NCBI GenBank assembly: GCA_043228905.1
Contig: JBHGNT010000005.1
Span: 19,654,001 to 19,718,000, forward strand
Length of the DNA stretch: 64,000 nucleotides
Direction of reading: 5' to 3'
Origin: Azolla caroliniana
Taxonomy: Eukaryota; Plantae; Polypodiophyta
The notes below the pieces were generated by a model. The model had not been told where the DNA came from, ran no database searches, and worked only from the letters and a program-made list of their open reading frames with translations. A program made the translations under genes and the position numbers. This document shows, one piece after another, positions 40,863 to 52,171 of the stretch. Positions within the stretch are counted from its first letter, which is position 1; each line of letters begins with the position of its first letter.

Positions 40863-41805
40863 TGTTAATAATTAAGTAATTGACTAAGGGTTAATTAGTA
40901 CCTAATTATGTGAGTAGTTAATCACGTATGTGATTAAGCTGCAGAAGATTATGTGATATGTGTATGTGTGTGATAGACACAGAGAGAGGAAGTTACACTT
41001 ATGAACAATAAGATAAATGGGGGATGATTAACAAGTGTAGTTCAAGGAACTCTTACTCGTATTAAAAAGACATCAAGTTACAAAAATACCCACAATGAGG
41101 TATATATACATCTCATGTGCAAAGGTGCACATGTGTGAGGAGAATATAGGTACAAGGGTGTAAGTCCTATATTAAATGAACTTGATAGTGGGGGATCTCG
41201 AAGGTATCCCACTTAAGCACAAGGAACAAAATCCTATTTAAGACTTTATAGTCAACATTCTAACTAGATTCTATTTATGTAACTACTAAGTTACATGGTT
41301 GATTGAGTGACTAAACTTAGTTGAGCTTGATATCTCAACACGCCCCCTCAAGCTCAAGTGTGAGGGTTCGACTGTTGACTCATGTCATGTCCGGGCAGTT
41401 TTCGGTTCCTCCCCCTCAAGCCTTCGACAAAGGCTTGGAGTGTTAATTGGTCGAGGCTGAGTGCCAACGAAAACTGCTGGAGCTTGACTGCTTCTAAGGC
41501 CTTGGTAAAGATATCGGCTTGTCTGTTAATCAGTGCCAACGTGTTAGAGATTGAGGTCTTCCGCGACGATGCACTCTTGAACATAGTGATAGTGTACCTC
41601 GATGTGTTTTGTTCGGGCATGGAAGACCGGGTTTCAAGCTAATTGTATGCTACTTTGATTGTCGCAGTAGATACATATCGATTTTTCGACCGATTCATTC
41701 AGCCCTTTAGTAGTCGCTTCAACCAAATTGCCTTGCAGGTGGCAATGGCCACACCCCTGTATTCTACTTCGGTGTTGGACAATGCAACTGTTGGTTGCTT
41801 CTTAT
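40863..41805 (-). mobile_element. Copia 3' fragment (RNase H end, PPT, 3' LTR 40863..41340), same LTR family as 5400..9605
   Basis: LTR is the reverse complement of the 5400 LTR; QADIFTKALE motif; PPT gagggggcg. Confidence 0.85.
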
Positions 41806-42965
41806 CTCTTTGTTGGGGAAACTTTTATATGTATATGTAGTAGAAAAAGTGTTTAATACAATAAATGAGAGGTTTTATGAAGTTTTACATTTCAACAAAA
41901 CAAAATAGCTTTCCACATGCATAGGGAGATGCTTTTCCCTATCAAACAATGAAAATAGAATGATACTTGTAAAGAATTGTGTGTGGAAGCTCATAGACAC
42001 AACCGGCTCAACCAGATAACAACAGAAAATGAACTAAGGTTTAATGGACGCTTCATAGATCAGAGAGACAGAAAGAGTGGGAGAGGTAGAGAGAGCAGAT
42101 CAATGAACTCAATTTACAAAATATTACTCTCTGTAGATACAATGTGCTCAGTGACCACTTTTATACAAGTCCATAAAAGGCCTGACAGAAGTACTGACAT
42201 GTAATTCAATGCTCGTACGAGAGACTGACACTAACTCCAAGAAATATGCTTACATACTAGGATAAGACCTTAGGCATCTAACAGCCTACCAGTTACAATC
42301 CGATCCGGCTTTTGGTTTCGAATACCGATTCGGCTCATGGTTCCAGATACCTATCCGGATCTCCGTTCCGGATACTGATCCGGCTCTAGATTATTCAGCC
42401 GACCTAGATCCAATTGAGCTTGTCCGCTCAACACTCCCCCTCAAGCTCAACTTGAGGTTTGATCGTGGTGTCAGTGTTTGTCGGTCCTTCCCTCCAGCTC
42501 CTCCTAACGTCTTCCCGCCTTAATCGCGCTCCTCGACCCATCTAGTCCCACTTTTCATGGCTCGTCCAGTTCCGCGCACCTCGAACTTCTCGTTCGGCTC
42601 ATCTGCTCAAAGGGCCCATCTCAACTCCTTTGCTGCTTTGACTTTGGTGCTTTTCGACCCGTCGGTTCCTCCGTGTTGGTGTCAATTTCCACTGCCTTCT
42701 AGTCCATTTGACCTTTTGTTGATCCAACTCCTCCGAATCAAATACTTCTTCTAAATCAACTGCTTCCAATTTGTTCCAACTCTTGTCCGAATTTCAAAAG
42801 CTCAAGGGTAGAAGACAAAATTTCAAAAGCACAAGGGCACAGTATGAAATTTCAGAAACTCAAGGGCACACAAGCAATTTTTGGAAGGGTAGGACACGAG
42901 ATTTGTAAAATTGGAGGATACTTAATATAATTTTAGAAAAAACCTAAGGGGTAGGGCATAAAATT

Positions 42966-43887
42966 TCGAAGCAAGTGACTCACATATGCTCTTTATTTTT
43001 AGAGCATACTCATTCACTGATATCTTACCTTTTTCCAAGATATTTAGCTCAGTCTTCAACTCAAGCTTTCTAGCCTTTGTTGTTGCAGCAAACAATTTTA
43101 CCAAACTGTCCCAAGCTTCTTTTGGAAGCAAAGCATCTTGTATGTGTCCAAGCATCGAATCTGAGATGCTAAATGACCCCTTGATTCCATTCCTTAAATG
43201 CTTTAATTTGTGTAGCAGTTGCATTTTCTTCAAGGATCTCTGGAGCCTCTTCTAGATCTCCTTCAACGTAATCCCAATATCCTTTTCCCATCAAGAAATT
43301 TGTCATTCTGAATTTCCACACAGGGAAATTGTTTTTGTCCAATTTTTCTGTGACTATGTGGCTTCCATTTTGAGCAGCCATTCTCTCTTTCAAATTAGGG
43401 CTTTTGCTACGATTAACTTCATAGAAAACTCTCTAATTCAAACCAGTAACCAGAACCAAACTTCTCAGATTTGTATTGTTCCTCTTTACGAGCAACTCTG
43501 CTCTGATACCATGTTACAAAGGCGCTTTGACTCTTCTTAATGCACAACGGATCGTGATGTGCTGGATCGTTTAGTGTGTTCAAGACAGAAAAGGAAGGGG
43601 GAAGGAGACTTACCTCTATAGCAACCCAAAAGCTTCTATTTCATTATATAGAGAGAACCTACTTCTTCTCCTCTTACAACTACTCTCATACTTCTCTTAC
43701 ATTTTTACCTAAGTATATAAGTAACTTACATACGCAGCTAATTAGTTGTGACTAGCTAAATAGCTGTGAATAGGTAAATAGCTATGAATAGGCAAATAGT
43801 TGTGAGTACTAATTTCCTAATAGCTACTTTAGAAGATCTTATTTCCCAATGAGCATCACATGCTTTTGTTGAGCTTGTTTCTTAACA
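42966..43887 (-). mobile_element. Truncated Copia element E (5' LTR 43512..43887, PBS-Met, gag N-terminus) inserted in the 3' region of D
   Basis: gctctgatacca at 43500..43511; EKLDKNNFPVWKFRMTNFLMGKGYW...ARKLELKTEL. Confidence 0.85.
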
Positions 43888-44415
43888 TTTGCCACATCAG
43901 AACATGTCAGGGTCTTGGACTTCTTCTTCTGGTTCGCCTTTGTTCGCCTTTGTTCTTCTTGACTCTGCTATCGTCGCCACTTGTTCCGACTTGTTCCGAC
44001 TTGTTCGGATGTGCCAACTTCTTCAGTTAACTCGGCTTCCTTTTTCTTCTTGTCTTCCCCTGTTTCAGTTTCCTTCTCTCCGGCTTCTTGTTTGGCCATT
44101 ACTTGTTTCCCCAGTTCGTGTTCCGATTCTCCCCCTCAAGTGCGGCATGTCGAGATGTTGTAACCCAAGCATCTCCGAAAAATGTTGCAACTTGTCGGTT
44201 CCAAGTGCCTTGTTGAAGATGTCGGCAACCTGTCGATCCGTCCAAACATACCGAAGTTCGACTTCACTATTGAAGACCCACTCGCGCACAAACTGATAAT
44301 GCCCTTCTATGTGCTTCATCCGAGCATGGAACACAGGGTTCTTGGCTAGCTGCATGCTACTTATGTTGTCGTCGTAGATAGGGATCGGAGTCAGTACTTC
44401 GATCCAAAGGTCTTC

Positions 44416-46521
44416 TGTTAAGATTCTACTACTAATCAATAGACCAAACTAAAGTAAAAGAAGGAAAATAGAATGGATAGAAGAACCCGTTCCACCCTAC
44501 CACCCCCGAGCTATGATCTAGACATAACCAACCTACCACTGACGTCCCATACCGTTGAGATAAACATGATCGTCAAGACGAAAACCTAGCCCGCACCACC
44601 GATGTCTAAGACAGCAGCCTTCCAACGTAATCTCCTTATGAGGGTAGCTGAGCCTCATATTTATACCTTTTCCTAGGCCCCTTGAATAGATGTGCCTTTC
44701 TAAAAGGGTCTCCATTCATTGGTTGCCCAAATCATGATAGTGCATGCACCTACCATTCCTTCTATCCAATCACATTAGCCCCTTTTTTAACATTAGTGAA
44801 CATATGCTTCACTAATGTATATATCAATGACCTACCCTCACCAACATTATGTGTACATAACATACTCCCCTACTTTAAAATATTGCACTCTTGCAATTTA
44901 AAGTGAGCAAATTGTGCCTTAAGAGTATGCTCACATTAAGCCACAAATTGATACAAGTGGTGGTGGTGGTGTTGTGAGAAAAGATGTAGTACCCAAATCT
45001 ATGAGTAAAACATCAATAGGGGAACTCATGTGGTTTTACTCGAGTTCTAAGGCTCGATAATATGAGTTAAACGTAGATGAGCCGTTGGAAAAAAATCGTT
45101 CCAAAAAACTGGCATGATGCCCATTCCATACGAAAAAAATAGTCTACACGGAAGTGTTACATCATAGGTAAATGGACGTAAATACTTTATACACGAAAAG
45201 GAAGGGAGAAAAGGAGAGTTAATTGTGGGCGAGTAAACAATAATTATGAGATAATCATATAAGTGAAATGACAATTTGTGGAATTAGAAATTAATTAGAA
45301 TAATAAGCAATTAGGTGTATGGAACATTAAGCATGCCTTAAGGTACGAAACCCTAGAGTAGTCGACATGCACTTCCTCAAGACCACCACATCTCCCTAGA
45401 ATCGCCAAGTGATGGCTCAATAAAGAGTAAAGTGACATAGGTAAGCGACATATACCTCGTCAAGGCCACAACTTCCCATAGAATCGACCAAGTGATGGCT
45501 CAATAGAGAGTAGAGTGGCATAGGTAGACGACATACACCTCGCTATGGCCACAACATCCCATAGACTCGGCCAAGTAATGGCTCAATAGAGGGAAGAGTG
45601 TCATACTCAACATCATATGCAAAAGGGCCATGAGGTGAACGTGTGCGATTAGGGCAAACACGCTCGACCCAATGCACAACAATAATTAATATCGTAAGAG
45701 AAGGCTTAAGAGAGGGGAGCATATGAGATACATTGCAATATACAAAAGGGCCATGAATTGAGCGTGTGCGATTAGTGCAAACACGCTCGGCCTGATGCAC
45801 AATAATAATTAAAATCGTATCGTGGTAGAGAGAAGAAAGAAAAGAAAAGAAAACGTAATACAAATTTGATTTGACCAACAAGAACGCATCATAGAAAGAA
45901 GAGAGATCGAGAAAGAAGAATACCGGGTTTAGAGTGTTGTCTTAATCCTGAGAAGAGCATGAAGATCCTTGTTAGATCCCCATTGCTCACACACAAAAAA
46001 CATCAAAACAACAAAACAAAATTGCTAGGAAAAGCTTTGATATCACTGTTAAGAGTCTATTACTAATCAATAGACCAAACTAAAGTAAAAGAAGGAAAAT
46101 AGAATGGATAGAAGAACCTGTTCCACCCTACCACCCCCGAGCTATGATCTAGACATAGCCAACCTACCACTGACGTCCCATACCGCCAGATATTAGGATG
46201 ACTAATACCTTGGAAGAGATAAACACGATCGTCAAGATGAAAGCCTAGCCCACAACACTGGTGTCTAAGACAACAACCTTCGGACGTAATCTCCTTATGA
46301 GGGTAGCTGAGCCTCATATTTATACCTTTTCCAAGGCCCCTTGAATAGATGTGCCTTTCTAAAAGGGTCTCCATTCATTGTCTGCCCAAATCATGATAGT
46401 GTGTGCACCTACCATTCCTTCTATCCAATCACATTAGCCCCTTTTTTAACATTAATGAACATACCCTTCACTAATGTAAATATTAGTGACCTACCCTCAC
46501 CAACGTTATGTGTACATAACA
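44416..46521 (-). mobile_element. Non-coding LTR element (large TRIM/LARD-like), 2.1 kb
   Basis: LTRs 44416..44862 and 46047..46521; TSD TCTTC; degenerate Met PBS (agctttgatatca) and PPT (aaagtaggggagta). The ~1.2-kb interior has short tandem repeats and no recognisable retro domains. Confidence 0.9.
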
Positions 46522-48682
46522 TCTTCTAACAGCCACCAAAGTCAGATGGATTCACAAGTGGCAATGGTAGCGCCCCGATACTCAGCCGTAGTGCTCGATA
46601 GAGCCACTATCGGCTGCTGCTTGTTGCTCCACGCAACAACCGCACTACCAAGAGAGAACATAAATCCAGATGTTGACCGACAATCTGACGCATCACTAGC
46701 AAAGCCGGCATCTGTATATTCGACTAGCATTTTGGTTATACCATGTCAGTATAACAGTCCCTCAGCCTTAGTGCCACTCACATATCTCAGTAGTTGATGC
46801 ACACACTAAAGGTACTCCACGGTCGGATAGCTGATGTCGAGTCGGGTGATAATAAGATAGATGAGGCTTCCGACAATTTGTCGAAACCGTTTCTCGTTGC
46901 AGGCTGGTCCAGAGTCGGGACAAAGCTTTAGGTTCCAATCGAGGGGTGTTGAGACTGGTCGGCAATCAGTCATGTTGAACTTGTACAGCATATTCAGCAC
47001 ATAATGTCGTTGTGAGAGCAATATGTTGTCAGGGGTATGGATCACTTTGATCCCGAGGAAATAATGAAGGTCCCCCAGGTCCTTCATTTCAAATGTAGCC
47101 GACAATTGGGACTTCACGCAGCTGATTTCGGTGAGTCTGGGTCCGATGATGACTAGATGATCCATGTATAGCAGGATGCACATCGAACCCCTCCGGATGA
47201 ACAATGAAGAGTCGAACTTCAAGGCCGCAAACACCATCTTACGCAACCAATGTGTCATTTTCAAATTCCAAGCTCGGGGGGCTTGCTTCAGGCCATAAAC
47301 TGACTTCTTGAGTCGGCACACTACCGACGTGTTCACCACCGACTGAAATTCAGGGGGCTAGATTATATAGAATTGTTCTTCAAGATCCCCTTGAAGAAAC
47401 GCACTCTTTACGTCCATCTGATGAAGATGACACCCCCTTGCCAGCACCACACGGACCTTCGTCATCTTCGCATCTGGAGCGAAGGTCTCGTCATAGTCAA
47501 TTTCGTGGGTCTACGCATATCCTTTGGCCACTAATTGGGCCTTGTACCGGTTGACTGAACCGTCAGCATTGTACTTCACCTTGAATACCCACTTGCAGCT
47601 GATCGGTTTGCAATGTTGAGGAGGGTCAATCAGGTCCCATGTGTTGTTGGCATCAAGTGCCATCTCTTCCTCCATAGCGGCATGCCAATGTGCGTCCTTT
47701 GTCGCTTCTACATAGCTCTCTAGCTCACGCACTTCCGCCACTTTCGTCATGTATGCATAGTGATGCACCATGTACTCATTATACCCATACCGTTTTATGG
47801 GGTTCTTCTGGCGGGTCGATCAACGTTGTCGAGATATTTCGCAAGTGCGTGTGGAGATGAGGCGGGACCGCGGGGGTCTCGAACCAAAGAGCAAGCGAGG
47901 GAGGAGAAAGAGGGAGAACCTGCTACGCAGGACCGGGGATACACAGGGACACGGCCCTTCAGCACGGAGAACGCGAACAGACACCGACACAGACAGACGC
48001 GAACGACTAAATATGTATATTAACAAAAATGGCTAACACGACTACAACCCTCGATGGGGCACAGGTTGGTTACAACCGAACAGGCCGGCGAACAGATGCC
48101 GATGCCTGTTCGCTTCGACGCACAAACGGGGTAGCAGGTCGGAGGTGCTGCCGGAAGCACTCGGGCGTTCCTCGAAACAGCGCGAGCCTCCTCGGAACCC
48201 TGCACAGAAAGCTATGGAGCTCAAGAAGGAAGGAAACAGAGAGAGAAGCGTCCAGAAACGGTCCGACAGCACTTCGTCCTCCCTGCCCGAGATCCCTGCA
48301 ACAGCTCTTTCCTGCTCCTTATATATGCCGATGAGCAGGCCATCATGTCAGCTTTATTCCCTGTCCCTTTTGGACAGGGATCCGCTCCGTTCTTCACGCA
48401 TCCGCGTAGTTACGCCGCCGATTCGTACAGTTCGCGCGCGTGACCGAAAAGACTGTTCGCGCGGTCTTTGTCTTTACTCGTGTTAGGGCCCGTTCCTGCC
48501 GACCATCCTCCTAATTCGATTCTATGTACAACTTGGAGCGTGCGCGCGTGAAGAACCGGTTCCCACGCCTTGGTGCGCCGATTCCGCTTATGGACGGTTT
48601 TCTTCACGACATCCGCCCCCACCTAACCGCGCATCCTCCGGTATGCGCCAAGAGAGTTGGGACGGAGAAAACCGGCCCGTCT

Positions 48683-51600
48683 TCATTCCTCGCCCGTCGG
48701 TTCTTCCTCGTTTCCAGATCGTTCGTCACTGCTGACTAGGAGAGCCGGGTCCGGCTCGTCGTCATGTCGCTTCTTGAACGCTTTGATCCGCTTCCCTGCA
48801 ACCGGTATCGCCACTCTCGTGCCGTCGAGTTCCGCCAGGTGATATGTCCCGTTGTCATTGGCGCTCCGTACCACGTAAGGCCCGAACCACCTTCGTGCAA
48901 ACTTCCGTGTAGCTCGGTGCTGGTTGTCGAGACTGCTATCGTAGACGAGCACCCAGTCACCTTCTTCGATTTTCTTCGGTCGGAGCCGGTGCGTTCGGTC
49001 GAACCTGGCTTTGTTCTTTGCCCTCGCCACCCGGAGCCTCTCCGTAGCCAGTTCCACGTCCTCCGGTCTCCGCTCGAGTTGTCGTATACGCGCGGCCAAC
49101 AACTCCTCCCGGCTCATCTCGTCCCTCCAATCGACTGTTGCCCATGAGGAGATCGTCCGTTCCATCGGCATGATCGGCTTCTGGCCGAACATGAGCTCCG
49201 TCGGCATGTACCTGGTTACCGAACTGTGCGTGGTCCGGTCTGCCCACAAAGCATAAGGTAGCAGCCGCGGCCAGTCACCGACTCGGCCTCCGCATGCCCG
49301 GACCAACGCCTTGACGATCGGTCCGTGTCCGCGCTCCACCTTTCCATTCGCCTCCGGATTGTATGCAGTGGTGAGCGAGAGCTTGACTCCCAGCCGGTCG
49401 AACAGCTCCGCGGCTTCTTCGGCGTCCAACTCCCCTCGGTCAGCCACGATCTTCCCGACGCACCCGTACCGGCATATCACGTCCTCGATTAGGAACCGGC
49501 ATACGGCCGCGGTCGTTTTGTTCGGAAGGGCCCGGCCTTCCACCTGGTTCGTCAGATCCTCCCGCGCTAGGACCAGGTACCGCATCTGTCCTACCCCCAT
49601 TGGCATTGTCACCAGATCTACCATCCATTTGAAGTGGATGGTCGGAGGGTACGTGGGGTGAAGCTCGTCCCGATGTCGGACTATGGAGTGCATCTGACAG
49701 CTCTCGCAAGTTGTCACGAACCGATGCACGTCCCGGTACTGCCCCGGCCACCAATACTTCCCCTTCAGTTTCTCAAACGTAGCCCATGTCCCACGGTGTC
49801 CAGCCCAAGGGCTGTCGTGGCAGGCCGCTAGCAGTTCTTCCTGATCTTCCTTCATTGCCACCACCCGGAGCGGGACGCCGTTCCTCTTCTTCGGGTGCTT
49901 CCACAAGTATCCATCCCGGAGAAAGAACCGGTACGCTTTCTTCCGGATCCGGTTGGCCTCGTCCTTCGTCCATGACGCATCGGGCGTCATTGTCTTCAAA
50001 AACCCACCGATCTGCAGCCACTCCCCGTCGTACTTGCTCGCGTCGAAGTCGTTAAGCGCCGGAGTGCTTGTTCCGTCGGTTGTTACATACGCAGTCTCGA
50101 AGAAGTCCACGCCGACCTCTTCGTCCTCCGAAACCATGCCGCCCTCGTCATCGAATTTCGCCCTTGAAAGCATGTCGGCCATGGCGTTGTCTTTCCCGGA
50201 AATGTGTCGTATTTCCGGGTCCAGGGACTTGATGTACGCTATCCACCTGAGCATTGCCAGGTCCGGCGTCGCGCATCCGGAAACCATGCCGAGAATCGGC
50301 ATGCAATCCGTCTCTATGATTACCTCCGTCCCGATCAGATAGTCCTTGTCGGCCTTCACCGCCGAAACGATACCCCAGAGTTCGCGTTTAACCTGGGCGT
50401 ATCCTCGCTGCCGTTCGCTGAGGACCTTCGCGCCGAATCGGATCGGAAACCGATTGCCGTCCTCGTCTTCTTGGTTGACGACCCACCCGATTCCGGTCGG
50501 ACTCGTGTCAACCGTCATGTACACTGGGGTGCCCTTCCTGTAGACGGCCTTTCGGAGCGCCGGTGCTGCCGAAAGAGCCTCCTTCAGCTTCCGGACCGAC
50601 TCCGTGTGCTTGTCTAGCCATTCGAATCTTCGCCCTTTCCTCAATAATCCGTATAGCGGCTCCGCAACGTGGGCGTAATGCGGGATCCATATGTGGTAGA
50701 ATGCGCATGCCCCCAGGAATCTTCGTACTTCCGTGACCGAGCTGCAGTCGGGCTTCATCGCGGAGATGGCTTCTACCTTTGCCGGAGACGGTTTCCGGCC
50801 ATATGGCCCACATAAGTGTCCGACCACCATGATTTCCGACTGCCCGAAGGCTGATTTCTCCCCCGAGAAGGTGAGCCTCGCATCCTCTAGCCTTTGCAGC
50901 ACCTTCTCGCAGTCGTCGATGTGCGCCATCACGAATCTCCGGCATCCGTCCGGCCCGACCGTCTCGTCCTTCTCTTCTACCGGGCATCCCTTGATCGGGA
51001 TGTCGTCTAGAAACGGCATGGTGATGTCCGGGATGCAGTCCCTCAGCACCTTGTTCATCGCATTCACCATGTGGGCCACCGAGTTGGTCCCTCCTTGCGG
51101 CAGCGTACACATCCGCACTAGGCCGAGGGGAGTTCGCATCGTCGTAATGTCTCTGCTTTCCACGGCTAGCTGGAACTGGTCGTACCCTGAGTATAGATCA
51201 CCGACCGAGTAAATCGACCTTCCGGCGAAGGCCTCCGCGAACTCGTCTATGGTCGGCCCGATCCCTGCGTTCCGAATGGTCACTCTGTTGACCGGTTGCA
51301 GGTCCTGAATGAAGCGCAACGATCCGTTTTTCTTTGGTACGGTAAACCATCGGTTTGAATATGGGGCACTCGACGGCTCGAGAATGCCCATATCAACTTT
51401 TTGCTTCAACAGCTCCATCAACTTCGGGATGTGAGCTCTCGGAACCGAAATTGGCTTGAGATTCCACGGTACATGCGGTACCGTGAATATCACCATTGGC
51501 TCTACGATCGTCAGGTCTACGCACCCGATTTCCTCCGGTGAGAATGCGAAGGCTTTCCCGTGCCTTCCGAGCATTCCCCGAAACCGGTCTTCCTCCACCG

Positions 51601-52165
51601 GCAGTAGGAACCCGCCCCCACCGATCTTCAGCTCGCGGAGCGTCTCGTTGGTGAAGGTGTGTCCTATGCAGGCCGGATCTCGTAAGCTGGGGTCCGATGC
51701 AACCCCTTTGATTCGGGATTCGCTGCCCTCCGGTAAGGGCGCCGCAACTGGCCTCACCTTCCGGTCCACCGTCTTGTACTTGGTGCTCACTCGGGCCGTC
51801 CGTTCCGACTCGAGCCCTCGACCGAAGTCCGCGATGACTTCGTACATTTCTTCGGAACATACCGGTATCGTCCGGTCCTCGATAAGGTCTTCTTCGACTA
51901 CCCTCCCCAGCGTTCCCAAGGTGTCGTCGAAGGAGACTGCCTCCACGGCTCCGTTGATTTCTTCGTCAGGGCCGAGAACTCCGCACGCCCGAAGTCTCCC
52001 CTCCGTCCGTGTTTTCTCTCGGCCGGCGATGCCGACCATCGTACATGCTCCGCTGCCGGAGAAGCAAAATTTCCTACCTATTGTACACGGTTTTATCGTA
52101 CAGATGTGGGGTTTTCCCGGAGCATCCGGACTGTCGCGGCCCCACGCCTTGGCAGTCCTCTCTAA
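48683..52165 (-). CDS. pol: Pol (RT-RNase H-integrase), probably expressed by -1 frameshift from gag-PR
   Basis: RT DLYSGYDQ, LPQGGTNS, FLDD; RNase H VDTS..ELWG..ETDC..NAMADMLSR; integrase HHCC (HDS..GH..CESC), DDE core, WFGPY; no chromodomain. The frame is open back to the slippery site. Confidence 0.93.
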   Translation of the reverse strand, partial: LERTAKAWGRDSPDAPGKPHICTIKPCTIGRKFCFSGSGACTMVGIAGREKTRTEGRLRACGVLGPDEEINGAVEAVSFDDTLGTLGRVVEEDLIEDRTIPVCSEEMYEVIADFGRGLESERTARVSTKYKTVDRKVRPVAAPLPEGSESRIKGVASDPSLRDPACIGHTFTNETLRELKIGGGGFLLPVEEDRFRGMLGRHGKAFAFSPEEIGCVDLTIVEPMVIFTVPHVPWNLKPISVPRAHIPKLMELLKQKVDMGILEPSSAPYSNRWFTVPKKNGSLRFIQDLQPVNRVTIRNAGIGPTIDEFAEAFAGRSIYSVGDLYSGYDQFQLAVESRDITTMRTPLGLVRMCTLPQGGTNSVAHMVNAMNKVLRDCIPDITMPFLDDIPIKGCPVEEKDETVGPDGCRRFVMAHIDDCEKVLQRLEDARLTFSGEKSAFGQSEIMVVGHLCGPYGRKPSPAKVEAISAMKPDCSSVTEVRRFLGACAFYHIWIPHYAHVAEPLYGLLRKGRRFEWLDKHTESVRKLKEALSAAPALRKAVYRKGTPVYMTVDTSPTGIGWVVNQEDEDGNRFPIRFGAKVLSERQRGYAQVKRELWGIVSAVKADKDYLIGTEVIIETDCMPILGMVSGCATPDLAMLRWIAYIKSLDPEIRHISGKDNAMADMLSRAKFDDEGGMVSEDEEVGVDFFETAYVTTDGTSTPALNDFDASKYDGEWLQIGGFLKTMTPDASWTKDEANRIRKKAYRFFLRDGYLWKHPKKRNGVPLRVVAMKEDQEELLAACHDSPWAGHRGTWATFEKLKGKYWWPGQYRDVHRFVTTCESCQMHSIVRHRDELHPTYPPTIHFKWMVDLVTMPMGVGQMRYLVLAREDLTNQVEGRALPNKTTAAVCRFLIEDVICRYGCVGKIVADRGELDAEEAAELFDRLGVKLSLTTAYNPEANGKVERGHGPIVKALVRACGGRVGDWPRLLPYALWADRTTHSSVTRYMPTELMFGQKPIMPMERTISSWATVDWRDEMSREELLAARIRQLERRPEDVELATERLRVARAKNKARFDRTHRLRPKKIEEGDWVLVYDSSLDNQHRATRKFARRWFGPYVVRSANDNGTYHLAELDGTRVAIPVAGKRIKAFKKRHDDEPDPALLVSSDERSGNEEEPTGEE

Positions 52166-52171
52166 AAATCC
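52106..52171 (-). promoter_or_regulatory. Predicted -1 ribosomal frameshift signal: G_GAU_UUU slippery site plus H-type pseudoknot
   Basis: Heptamer 52171..52165 directly precedes the gag UAG; pol is in the -1 frame; stems GGACUG/CAGUCC and GUGGGG/CCCCAC. Confidence 0.75.

Noticed and set aside
44416-46521. Cassandra TRIM
   Set aside because: No 5S rRNA A/IE/C-box similarity found in the LTRs.
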